Assembly: GCF_004010195.1 (NCBI RefSeq)
Contig: NC_057719.1
Span: 14,869,187-14,889,186 of the forward strand
Source: Chiloscyllium plagiosum
Lineage: Eukaryota
Direction of reading: 5' to 3'
DNA length: 20,000 bases
A model generated the notes under the pieces. That model saw only the letters and a program-made list of their open reading frames with translations, searched no databases and was not told the DNA's origin. Positions within the stretch are counted from its first letter, which is position 1. Every line of letters starts with the position of its first letter. Of this stretch, positions 1 to 10,700 are shown one piece after another. Made by a program: the position numbers and the translations under genes.

Positions 1-451
1 TGTTGTTATTTAAAACTTACTGCTGTGATCAAAAAGAAAAAGTACACCATTGAGTATAATCTCAGTGGTAGCTACACGCTTGCATATGCTGGTCCTGGCC
101 TAGATTCCACCTCAACTGGAGACTTAACTCATTTCAGATATTCTCACACATAATAAAAGATTATAAATAATTATGCTAGGAATGATTTAAGAATACATGT
201 TTTAGTATTAATTAAAATGAATACAATTTTGTAGTTTACTAGTGATTTCAGCTTATGAGGAATGCATTTACAACCCTTTAGAAATTACTTTTAACCAAAA
301 TTATATGTACCTTCAAGGACTATGTTCAACTAGACATAATTTGGTATCCATGGCTGTTTACTTAACATCTCTGCCAAGATTAAAAAGCATTATAAAGATA
401 TGATAGTGATAATTCTCTGAGCTGACAGTACCTATTTTTCACTTCTCCTAG

Positions 452-479
452 GTGAGCTATTGCCACCTTTGAAATCAAG
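452..479 (+). other. Candidate 28-nt internal microexon (would encode (G)ELLPPLKS(R/S))
   Basis: Branch-point-like CTGAC at 422-426, pyrimidine tract cctatttttcacttctcc, acceptor TAG at 449-451 and donor AAG|GTAAAT at 477-485. Only one of three frames is open. No homology evidence available. Confidence 0.35.
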
Positions 480-773
480 GTAAATATTTCTTAATACTGT
501 CACAAAACTGGGCAATTTGTATTCCAAAGACCAAAGAGAAAAACGTAATACAGACATTACATCAAATAATTCCATGGGCCCATTCTGAGATCCAAAGACT
601 CTCTCCAGCTCTCAGAAATCGGTTCATTATTCTTTCAAGTGACTTTCATAGTACTCATCACCAAGATACTGATGTCATTTAAGTAAATGGCGATTGTGTC
701 ATTGGAAAAGGGTAAGGCCTATGTTGACGCCTTCAGTCCTTAGAGACATCATTTACCCATTAGCAAGCTGAAG

Positions 774-788
774 GGGTCACGGTGACCT
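774..788. promoter_or_regulatory. Consensus palindromic estrogen-response element (IR3) GGGTCAcggTGACCT, with an extra half-site GGGTCA at 792-797
   Basis: Exact match to RGGTCAnnnTGACCY read directly from the sequence. Function is unproven. Confidence 0.45.
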
Positions 789-1471
789 AAGGGGTCATAA
801 GCATCATGAAGTGCCAAGCATAGGAGAGAACAGGAAAACAATCATAATTAAATTGGAGAGGGTGAGTAATACATGGGAAGGTCTTGATATTATTTCTTAT
901 AAAGCACAATGAAAGTGAATTTTTAAAACTTTATAGGCTTTGAACAGAACTCCTTTTGGTGCTTTACCCCCTGTGGTTAAAATACATACAAGACTCTCTT
1001 TGGGAATTTAATTCAAATTCATCAAGCAATGATTTTTTGATTTTAATGAATGGTCATTACGTTGCACTAAATTTTCTCTAAATTTACTTGATTAAGTTGA
1101 CTAGGTCAACAATTGCTGTACTCCTATTGCAACAAACGCATCGAAATGTATACTCTTTCAAAAATAGCCAATATCATCTGAATTTCTATGTGAGCTTGGT
1201 TAGAATGCCATTTCACAACCAGCTTGGGTTCAGAGCACCATTACATTAGACCTTCTTTCTCTGCTGTCAGATCGAGCTAAACATAAATTCAGGATAATTG
1301 TGCTCATGGTTGATGATTCAGTCAAACTATCCAAAAAGAGATTTCGAATTATCCAAGAAGCGATTTCTTACTGGATGGGGAATAAGAGCTGAATCTAATC
1401 CTGTTCCAGATGGTTAAATGGTGTATTCAGCCGACTGGGTCCAATGCCTTTTTGCATTGACTTAACATGGT

Positions 1472-1790
1472 GGGCGGCACGGTGGCACAGTGGTTAGCAC
1501 TGCTGCCTCACAGCGCCAGAGACCCGGGTTCAATTCCTGCCTCAGGCGACTGATTGTGTGGAGTTTGCACGTTCTCCCCGTGTCTGCGTGGGTTTCCTCC
1601 AGGTGCTCCGGTTTCCTCCCACAGTCCAAAAGATGTGCAGATAAGGTGAATTGGCCATGCTAAATTGCCCGTAGTGTTAGGTAAGGGGTAAATGTAGGGG
1701 TATGGGTGGGTTGTGCTTCGGTGGGGCGGTGTGGACTTGTTGGGCTGTAGGGCCTGTTTCCATACTGTAAGTAATCTAATCTAAAAAAAA
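1472..1790 (+). mobile_element. Full-length tRNA-derived V-SINE of the shark HE1 family
   Basis: 5' GGGCGGCACGG start. Pol III A box TGGCACAGTGG (1483-1493) and B box GGTTCAATTCC (1527-1537). V-SINE central domain (TGTGTGGAGTTTGCACGTTCTCCCCGTGTCTGCGTGGGTTTCCTCC..GTGCTCCGGTTTCCTCCCACAGTCCAAAGA). CR1/HER1-like 3' tail GGGCCTGTTTCCATACTGTAAGTAATCTAATCT followed by an A run. Family recognised from memory, not by search. Confidence 0.9.
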
Positions 1791-2639
1791 TTACAAAGTT
1801 AATGTCTTGCAGACCTTTAGTGAAGGGAGAACCCTCCATGTGCTTCTAAGCCACATTTTCCACTCATTCATAGTAAATGTCAAGAAGAATTAAGCTATAA
1901 CTTAGCATAGCACACCCAAACTTCTGATCAAAGCTATTTCAGATCCCCTGAAAAAAACCAGTTAATCCAATCTCTGAATCAAATGGTAGAGGCTGTTAAG
2001 GTTGGACAGCACAAAGCAGCTTTCCCTTCCTTTTTAAGGAGAAGGTGTGTAGAACGTTAAGTTGCTTAGGAAAGCTCAAGAGAAAAGTTGAAGTGAAGAG
2101 ATGATAGTGAAAGTGAATATTATCAATGTAAAAGAAGAAAATGTTGAAATGTACTGCAGAGCAATCAACAATAGACAGTAAAAGATAGTTTGACATTTTC
2201 AGGGTTCAAAAGGTCAGCATGACTAGTTAGCGCTCTTTTCATCCATTAGCACTCATCCCAGAAATTTGCCAGCTCAGGTTCTATTCCTGGACTTGAAAAC
2301 ACTGTTGATTGATGTTCTACTGACTCAATAACCAAGTATTAAACTATCTGAATGCAGTTCTCTGAACTAGATGTCATCTGCCTCTTTGAGTTGATGCTGA
2401 CCAACACTTCTCCTTCAGTCAAGACTCATTGATTATAACCAGTTGCTCAATATACATACACTTATTAAAGCCTTGACCACATTACATTTCACAGGCATCA
2501 ACTGCAAGTAAAGCGCTTTGCTGGTGTGCAAGAGTTATTGTCTTCTCACTTTATTTCTTACTTTTATAACTTACACTATGAATCACGATGAGGTAATGTA
2601 ACCTTTTTTCTTTATCTCTCTAATTCGTATCTAAGATTT

Positions 2640-2760
2640 GTACTGAGATACTTCGTACCTAAGATGGCACCACTGAGGCAACATTGTAAACTTTTCACTG
2701 TACTCTTGTACTTCTGGGCTTGAGTACACATGACAATAAAGCAAATGCTATTCTATTATC
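2640..2760 (+). mobile_element. Probable 3' end of a non-LTR retrotransposon (Rex1/Babar- or L2-like tail)
   Basis: CTTTTCACTGTAC...GTACACATGACAATAAA motif with stem TGTACTC (2699-2705)/GAGTACA (2722-2728), followed by a short ctatt-like repeat tail. It resembles fish/shark LINE 3' UTR ends. The 5' boundary and clade are uncertain. Confidence 0.45.
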
Positions 2761-3190
2761 AATATATACAGAAAGTTTTCTTTCTTTCATCCAGGGGTAA
2801 AACAAAGTTTGATCATTTGCTCTGTACTGTAACCTGTATGTGCTCTTATACAGGTCAAAGGCTGAGGAATGTTGGATAGGAATGATTTGAGAATAATATT
2901 GTACATAAAAGGAAAAACCGTGGTTTCTTGGTCTAGAAATCATGAGATCTCATCTTTTGCGTTTTGGGGGTTACTTTTGGCGTGTTGGGATGGGAGAAAG
3001 TGGTTGAATGGAGAGTTGGAGAATGGACCAATCTCTGCACCTGAATCGTGTACCACAATATTATGCCTTGAGTCTCATTGCAATGCGGCAGGTGAGCTTT
3101 GAAACAGAGCAGTAGAGGTGACCATTCAGTGAGCAAAGAAAATGAAGTAAGGAGGATAAAGAGCATTCATGGAGATGGAAGGGTCAGGCA

Positions 3191-3265
3191 AGAGAGAGAG
3201 TGTGTGTGTGTGAGACAGACAGAGACAGAAAGAGAGAGAGAGAAGAAGAAGAAGAAGGGAGGGAG
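3191..3265. repeat. Compound microsatellite (AG)n(TG)n(AGAC)n(AG)n(AGA)n
   Basis: agagagagag tgtgtgtgtgtg agacagacagagacagaa agagagagagag aagaagaagaagaag ggagggag, read directly. Confidence 0.9.
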
Positions 3266-3891
3266 CCAGCATGCATACCAAAGAGCTGGAATCATCACAC
3301 TAAGTGCAAATAAAATGCAGATTTGATTTTACAAATAAAGATGGAGTTTGTAAAACAAATGCACATGCACATTCACAAAGACATAGATGTCTTCTCTACA
3401 CATAATACAGATGTTAATGATTTCATCATCTGAAGCACCCTTAAAAATTTCAGAAGCTTTTGTGATTTAGGTTTTCAGTCTAAAAAAAGACACGTGTTTC
3501 GCTCTCAAGCAGTACATGTACATTTCAATCTTACTGTCCGTCTGTCCATCTGTTTGTTTGCACGTTGCCAGGATTTTGACTTGGAAAGGGGGTTGTTTTG
3601 TAGCAGATGGATGTCTTCTCTCAAACCAAACAACATTTTCATTTGTTTCTTGGGTTATTTGGTCTTAATCAAGCGACTTAAAAATCGGAATAAATCCTAC
3701 TTTGTTTCATGCAATACAATTATATTTGGAGGGAAAAAGTGGAGGGGAAGATTTTACACCTTCCAGTTGTCCCTTAATGTCAATGAGGAGCAATTATAAA
3801 AGATTGGAAATGAGAAACAATTGATAATTTCTCCCCGTTTATTGTAATTATCAGGCTCAACACCATCACTACCTGTCATCAATGTTACCCC

Positions 3892-4053
3892 TGAACAGGA
3901 GAATCGACGTTTCAGGCATAAGCCCTTCTTCCTGAAGAAGGGCTTATGCCGGAAATGTCGATTCTCCTGTTCCTTGGATGCTGCCTGACCTGCTGCACTT
4001 TTCCAGCAACACATTTTCAGCTCTGATCTCCAGCATCTGCAGCCCTCACTTTC
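3892..4053 (+). mobile_element. Short Penelope-like element (pLTR fragment) with inverted 5' duplication and minimal hammerhead-like motif, flanked by a 16-bp TSD
   Basis: TCATCAATGTTACCCC occurs at 3876-3891 and 4054-4069. Inverted arms 3893-3931 and 3934-3972 match at 37/39. The motif CTGAAGA-AGGGC-TTAT-GCCG-GAAA-TGTC lies at 3932-3959. The downstream ...GATGCTGCCTGACCTGCTG..TTTTCCAGC...CCAGCATCTGCAG..CTCACTTTCTC is typical of abundant shark PLE ends (recognised from memory). Confidence 0.75.
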
Positions 4054-4111
4054 TCATCAATGTTACCCCAACAATCAGCCTCCACTTCTCCAGAATCACC
4101 TCAACCATTAC

Positions 4112-4320
4112 AATTGCGGATGTATTGGCTATAATTTTCTAATGTTCCCTAGAATCCAGAAATGTAACACATTTCAAAAAAAGAAAGGGCAAAGAACAGG
4201 AAGCTATCAGCCAGTTTTTATAATGACCTGTCATTGGAAAATACTATAATCTATTAGGAAACTGAGAAACCATAACATAATCCGACAGAGTCAACATGGT
4301 TTTGTGAAAGGAAATCATTG
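4112..4320 (+). mobile_element. Degenerate CR1-clade (HER1-like) LINE ORF2 reverse-transcriptase fragment
   Basis: Broken frames give IADVLAIIF*CSLES, NVT-FKK, GSYQPV, VIGK and NHNIIRQSQHGFVKG. These match in order the CR1 ORF2 pattern IIF..SL..G..P..WK.ANVTP.FKKG....GNYRPVSLTSV.GK...SQHGF.KGKSC, with a stop, frameshifts and deletions. Confidence 0.8.
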
Positions 4321-4717
4321 TCGGTCATTCTTTGTAATGAGCTAGGTGTATAGAGGGGAATTTAGACTGCAACACCCACATCCTATGAAAACAATTTAGA
4401 TTTATTGCCAATCCCTAATTGTCAGTTGTTTCTTTTTCCCTAACTCCCTAGATATGCAATTCAGATGGTTATATTGTAAAAAGAAACCAATGGTCTTAAA
4501 ACAGGTGTTTTAATTTGTAATACTGAAGATGGCCCAGCATTGTCAGTCCTGTAACTGAATTATGGGATTCAGTGCACTGGAGATATTCAGGCTACTCACT
4601 TGTAGTATTATATTATAATATTGAAATACAGGCACCACAGCTTTTGAGATTTATCTACCTCAATGATTGACTTGCTGCTTAAAACTTGCTCGGAGCGAAT
4701 CACAGTAGAGAAAGATA

Positions 4718-7700
4718 TAATATTATGGGATAGGGGATGGAACACTGGCAGCATCACTGTAACCCAGTAACCCCCGGTTAATGTTCTGGGATAGGGGATG
4801 GTGCAGTGACAGTCTCACTGTATACCAGTAACCCCCGGTTAATGTTCTGGGATAAGGGACGGTGCAGTGGCATAATCACTGTAACCAAGTAACCCCCGGT
4901 TAATATTCTGGGAAAAGGGATGGTGCAGTGACAACATCACTATAACCCAGTAACCCCCGGTTAATGTTCTGGGATAGGGGATGCTGCAGTGGCAGCATCA
5001 CTGTAACCCAGTAACCCCTGGTTAATGTTGTGGGAGAGGGGATGGTGCAGTGACAGTCTTACTGTACTGTAACACAGTAAACACCGGTTAATGTTCTGGG
5101 ATAAGGGATGGTGCAGTGACAGTCTGACTGTAACCCAGTAACCCCCGGTCAACGTTCTGGGATCGGGATGGTGCAGTGGCAGCATCACTGTAACCCAGTA
5201 ACCCCCGGTTAATGTTCTGGGATAAGGGATACTGCAGTGGCAGCATCACTGAAACCCAGTAACCCCCCAGTTAATGTTCTGGGATAAGGGATGGTGCAGT
5301 GGCAGCATCACTGAAACCCAGTAACCCCCCAGTTAATGTTCTGGGATAGGGGATGGTACAGTGGCAGTCTCACTGTACTGTAACCCAGTAACCCCCGGTT
5401 AATGTTCTGGGATAGGGAATGGTGCAGTGGCAGCATCACTGTAACCCAGTAACCCCGGTTAATGTTCTGGGATAGGGAATGGTGCAGTGGCAGCATCACT
5501 GTAACCCAGTAAGCCCCGGTTAATTTTCTGGTATAAGGGATGATGCAGTGGCAGCATCACTGTAACCCAGTAAGCCCCGGTTAATGTTCGGGGAGAGGGG
5601 ATTGTGCAGTGGCAGTCTCACTGTAACCCAGTAACCCTCGGTTAATGTTCTGGGATAGGGGATGGTGCAGTGACAGTCTTACTGTACAGTAACCCAGTAA
5701 CCCCTGGTTAATGTTCTGGGATAAGGGATGGTGCAGTGACAGTCTCACTGTAACCCAGTAACCTCCGGATAATGTTCTGGGAGAGGGGATGGTGCAGTGG
5801 CAGCATCACTGTAACCCAGTAACCCCTGGTTAATGTTCTGGGAAAGGGGATGGTGCAGTGACAGTCTTACTGTACTGTAACACAGTAACCCGCGGATAAT
5901 GTTCTGGGATATGGGATGGTGCAGTGACAGTCTCACTTTAACCCAGTAACCTCCAGTTAATGTTCTGGGAGGGGGGATGCTGCAGTGACAGTCTTATTGT
6001 ACTGTACCCCAGTAACCCCCGGGTAATGTTCTGGGAGAGGGGATGGTGCAGTGGCAGCATCACTGTAACCCAGTAACCCCCGGTTAATGTTCTAGGATAA
6101 GGGATGGTGCAGTGGCAGCATCACTGTAACACAGGAACCCCCGGTTAATGTTCTGGGATAGCGGATTGTGCGATGGCAGTCCCACTGTACGCCAGTAACC
6201 CCTGGTTAATGTTCTGGGATAGGGGATGGTACAGTGACAGTGTCACTGTACTGTAACCCAGTAACCCCCGGTTAATGATCGGGGATGGGGGATGATGCAG
6301 TGGCAGCATCACTGTAACCCAGTAACCCCCGGTTAATGTTCTTGGATAAGGGATGGTGCAGTGGCAGCATCACTGTAACACAGTAACCCCCGGTTAATGT
6401 TCTGGGATAGCGGATTGTGCGATGGCAGTCCCACTGTACGCCAGTAACCCCCGGTTAATGTTCTGGGATAGGGAATGGTGCAGTGGCAGCATCACTGTAA
6501 CACAGTAACCCCAGGTTAATGTTCTGGGAGAGGGGATGGTGCAGTGGCAGCATCACTGTAACCCAGTAAGCCCCGGTTAATGTTCTGGGATAGGGGACGG
6601 TGCAGTGACAGTCTTACTGTACTGTAACACAGTAACCCCCGGTTAATGTTCTGGGAGAAGGGATGGTGCAGTGGCAGCATCACTGTAATCCAGTAACCCC
6701 GGGTTAATGTTCTGGGATAGGGGATGGTGCAGTGGCAGCATCACTGTAATCCAGTAACCCCGGGTTAATGTTCTGGAAGAGGGGATGGTGCAGTGGCAGC
6801 ATCACTGTAACACAGTAACCCCTGGTTAATGTTGTGGGAAAGGGGCTGGTGCAGTGGCAGTCTCACTGTAAAGCAGTAACTCCCGGTTAATATTCTGGGA
6901 GAGGGGATGGTGCAGTGGCAGTCTACTGTAAAGCAGTCACCCCCGGTTAATGTTCTGGGAGAAGGGATGGTGCAGTGGCAGCATCACTGTAATCCAGTCC
7001 CCCCGGGTTAATGTTCTGGGATAGGGGATGTTGCAGTGGCAGCATCACTGTAAAACAGTAACCCCTGGTTAATGTTGAGGGAAAGGGGCTGGTGCAGTGG
7101 CAGTCTCACTGTAAAGCAGTAACCACCGGTTAATGTTCTGGGATAGGGGATGGTGCAGTGGCAGCATCACTGTAACACAGTAACCTCGGGTTAATGTTCT
7201 GGGAAAGGGGATGGTGCAGTGACAGTCATATTTTACTGTAACCCAGTNNNNNNNNNNNNNNNNNNNNNNNNNNNNNNNNNNNNNNNNNNNNNNNNNNNNN
7301 NNNNNNNNNNNNNNNNNNNNNNNNNNNNNNNNNNNNNNNNNNNNNNNNNNNNNNNNNNNNNNNNNNNNNNNNNNNNNNNNNNNNNNNNNNNNNNNNNNNN
7401 NNNNNNNNNNNNNNNNNNNNNNNNNNNNNNNNNNNNNNNNNNNNNNNNNNNNNNNNNNNNNNNNNNNNNNNNNNNNNNNNNNNNNNNNNNNNNNNNNNNN
7501 NNNNNNNNNNNNNNNNNNNNNNNNNNNNNNNNNNNNNNNNNNNNNNNNNNNNNNNNNNNNNNNNNNNNNNNNNNNNNNNNNNNNNNNNNNNNNNNNNNNN
7601 NNNNNNNNNNNNNNNNNNNNNNNNNNNNNNNNNNNNNNNNNNNNNNNNNNNNNNNNNNNNNNNNNNNNNNNNNNNNNNNNNNNNNNNNNNNNNNNNNNNN

Positions 7701-10700
7701 NNNNNNNNNNNNNNNNNNNNNNNNNNNNNNNNNNNNNNNNNNNNNNNGATAAGGGATGGTGCAGTGGCAGCATCGCTGTAACGCAGTAACCTCGGGTTAA
7801 TGTTCTGGGATAGGGGATGGTGCAGTGGCAGCATCACTGTAACACAGTAACCCCAGGTTAATGTTCTGGGAGAGGGGATGGTGCAGTGACAGTCTCACTG
7901 TAACCCAGTAACCCCCGATTAATGTTCTAGGATAATGGATGGTGCAGGGGCAGCATCACTGTATCCCAGTAAACCCCGGTTAATGTTCTGGGATAGGGGA
8001 TGGTGCAGTGACAGTCTCACTGTAATCCATTAACCCCCGGTTAATGTTCTGGGATAGGGGATGGTGCAGTGACAGTCTTACTGTACAGTAACCCAGTAAC
8101 CCCTGGTTAATGTTCTGGGATAAGGGATGGTGCAGTGTCAGCATCACTGTAACCCAGTAAGCCCCGGTTAATGTTCTGGGATAAGGGATGGTGCAGTGGC
8201 AGCATCACTGTAACCCAGTAACCTTCGGTTAATGTTCTGGGAGAGGGGATGCTGCAGTGACAGTCTTATTGTACTGTAACACTGTAACCCCCGTTTAATT
8301 TTCTGGGATAGGGGATGCTGCAGTGGCAGCATCACTGTAACCCAGTAACCCCTGGTTAATGTTCTGGGATAGGGGATGGTGCAGTCGCAGCATCACTGTA
8401 CCCCAGTAACCGCCAGTTAATGTTCTGAGATAAGGGATGGTGCAGTGGCAGCATCTCTGTAACCCAGCAAACCCCGGTTAATGTTCTGGGATAGGGGATG
8501 GTGCAGTGGCAGCATCACTGTAACCCAGTAACCCCTGGTTAATATTGTGGGAGAGGGGATTGTGCAGTGACAGTCTTAATGTACTCTAACACAGTAAACC
8601 CCGGTTAATATTCTGGGATAAGGGATGGTGCAGTGACAGTCTCACTGTAACCCAGTAACCCCCGATTAATGTTCCAGGATAATGAATGGTGCAGTGGCAG
8701 CATCACTGTAACCCAGTAACCCCCGGTTAATGTTCTGGGATAGGGGATGGTGCAGCAGCAGCATCACTGTACCCCAGTAACCGCCAGTTAATGTTCTGAG
8801 ATAAGGGATGGTGCAGTGGCAGTCGCACTGTACTGTAACCCAGTAACCCAGGTTAATGTTCTGGGATAGGGGATGGTGCAGTGGCAGCATCACTGTAACC
8901 CAGTAAGCCCCGGTTAATGTTCTGGGATAGGGGATTGTGCAGTGGCAGTCTAACTGTAACCCAGTAACCCTCAGTTAATGTTCTGGGATAGGGGATGGTG
9001 CAGTGACTGTCTTACTGTACAGTAACCCAGTAACCCCTGGTTAATGTTCTGGGATAAGGGATGGTGCAGTGACAGTCTCACTGTAACCCAGTAACCTCGG
9101 GTTAATGTTCTGGGATAGGGGATGGTGCAGTGGCAGCATCACTGTAACACAGTAACCCCCGGTTAATGTTCTGCGATAGGGAATGGTGCAGTGACAGTCT
9201 TACTGTACAGTAACCCAGGAACCCCTGGTTAATGTTCTGGGATAGGGGATGGTGCAGTGACAGTCTCACTGTAATCCATTAACCCCCGGTTAATGTTCTG
9301 GGATAGGGGATGGTGCAGTGACAGTCTTACTGTACAGTAACCCAGGAACCCCTGGTTAATGTTCTGGGAGAGGTGATGGTGCAGTGACAGTCTTATTTTA
9401 CTGTAACCCAGGAACCCCCGGTTAATGTTCTGGGATAGGGGATGCTGCAGTGGCAGCATCACTGTCACCCAGTAACCCCTGGTTAATGTTCTGGGATAGC
9501 GGATGGTGCAGTGGCAGCATCACTGTAACCCAGTAACCCTTGGTTAATATTGTGGGAGAGCGGATGGTGCAGTGACAGTCTAACTGTACTCTAACACAGT
9601 AACCCCCGATTAATGTTCTATGATAATGGATGGTGCAGTGGCAGCATCACTGTAACACAGTAACCCCCAGTTAATGTTCCGGGATAGGGGATGGTGCAGT
9701 GGCAGCATCACTGTACCCCAGTAACCCCCGGTTAATGTTCTGGGATAGGGGATGGTGAAGCAGCAGCATCACTGTACCCCAGTAACCCCCCAGTAAATGT
9801 TCTGGGATAAGGGATGGTGCAATGGCAGTCTCACTGTACTGTAAGCCAGTAACCCCGGTTAATGTTCTGGGATAGGAGATGGTGCAGTGGCAGCATCACT
9901 GTAACCCAGTAAGCCCCGGTTTCTTTTCTGCGATAAGGGATGATGCAGTGGCACCATCACTGTAACCCAGTAAGCCCCGGTTAATGTTCTGGGATAGGGG
10001 ATTGTGCAGTGGCAGTCTCACAGAAACCCAGTAACCCTCGTTTAATGTTCTGAGATAGGGGATGGTGCAGTGACTGTCTTACTGTACAGTAACCCAGTAA
10101 CCACGGTTAATGTTCTGGGATAAGGGATGGTGCAGTGGCAGTCTCACTGTACTGTCACCCAGTAAGCCCCGGTTAATGTTCTGGGATAGGGGATTGTGCA
10201 GTGGCAGTCTCACTGAAACCCAGCAACCCTCGTTTAATGTTCTGAGATAGGGGATGGTGCAGTGACTGTCTTACTGTACAGTAACCCAGTAACTGCGGTT
10301 AATGTTCTGGGATAAGGGATGGTGCAGTGACAGTCTCACTGCAACCCAGTAACCCCCGGTTAATGTTCTGGGATTGGGAATGGTGCAGTGACAGTCTCAC
10401 TGTATTCCATTAACCCCCGGTTATTGTTCTGGGATAGAGGATGGTGCAGTGACAGTCTTACTGTACAGTAACCCAGTAACCCCTGGTTAATGTTCTGGGA
10501 TAAGGGATGGTACAGTGACAGTCTCACTGTAACCCAGTAACCCCCGGTTAATGTTCTTGGAGAGGGGATGTTGCAGTGGCAGCATCATTGTAACCCAGTA
10601 ACCCCCGGTAAATGTTCTGGGATAAGGGATGGTGCAGTGGCAGTCTTACTGTACTGTACCCGCGGATAATGTTCTGGGATATGGGATGGTGCAGTGACAG

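Noticed and set aside
1096..1110. Palindrome GTTGAC-TAG-GTCAAC
   Set aside because: A 6-bp-arm palindrome is expected by chance in several kb, and its half-sites are not in ERE orientation.
1472..1545. tRNA gene
   Set aside because: The A/B boxes belong to the tRNA-derived head of the HE1 SINE and continue directly into the SINE body.
2225..2400. Possible very old DeuSINE/SacSINE-like remnant
   Set aside because: Only scattered short resemblances. Not supportable without a profile-HMM search.
3378..3621. Palindrome AAGACAT-AG-ATGTCTT and 12-bp direct repeat GATGTCTTCTCT (3386-3397, 3610-3621) as a possible TSD
   Set aside because: The intervening sequence shows no TE hallmarks, so it cannot be distinguished from chance.
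1996..4014. Short ORFs in the unique region (66-101 aa)
   Set aside because: No recognisable domains. Several overlap the microsatellite or TE fragments, and the lengths are expected by chance.
4400..4421. ATTTATTGCCAATCCCTAATTG, reminiscent of a common shark interspersed-repeat end
   Set aside because: Only about 22 bp of recalled similarity, too short to call.
4776..4823. V(D)J recombination-signal-like motifs in the monomer (GGTTAATGT ~ GGTTTTTGT nonamer; CACTGTA ~ CACTGTG heptamer)
   Set aside because: The spacer is 31 nt (17 nt to the alternative TGCAGTG), not 12 or 23. The heptamer lacks the essential CAC in the required orientation, and no V/D/J segments are visible.
7069..7837. Three long ORFs (177-234 aa)
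   Set aside because: Artefacts of reading through the 500-N gap.
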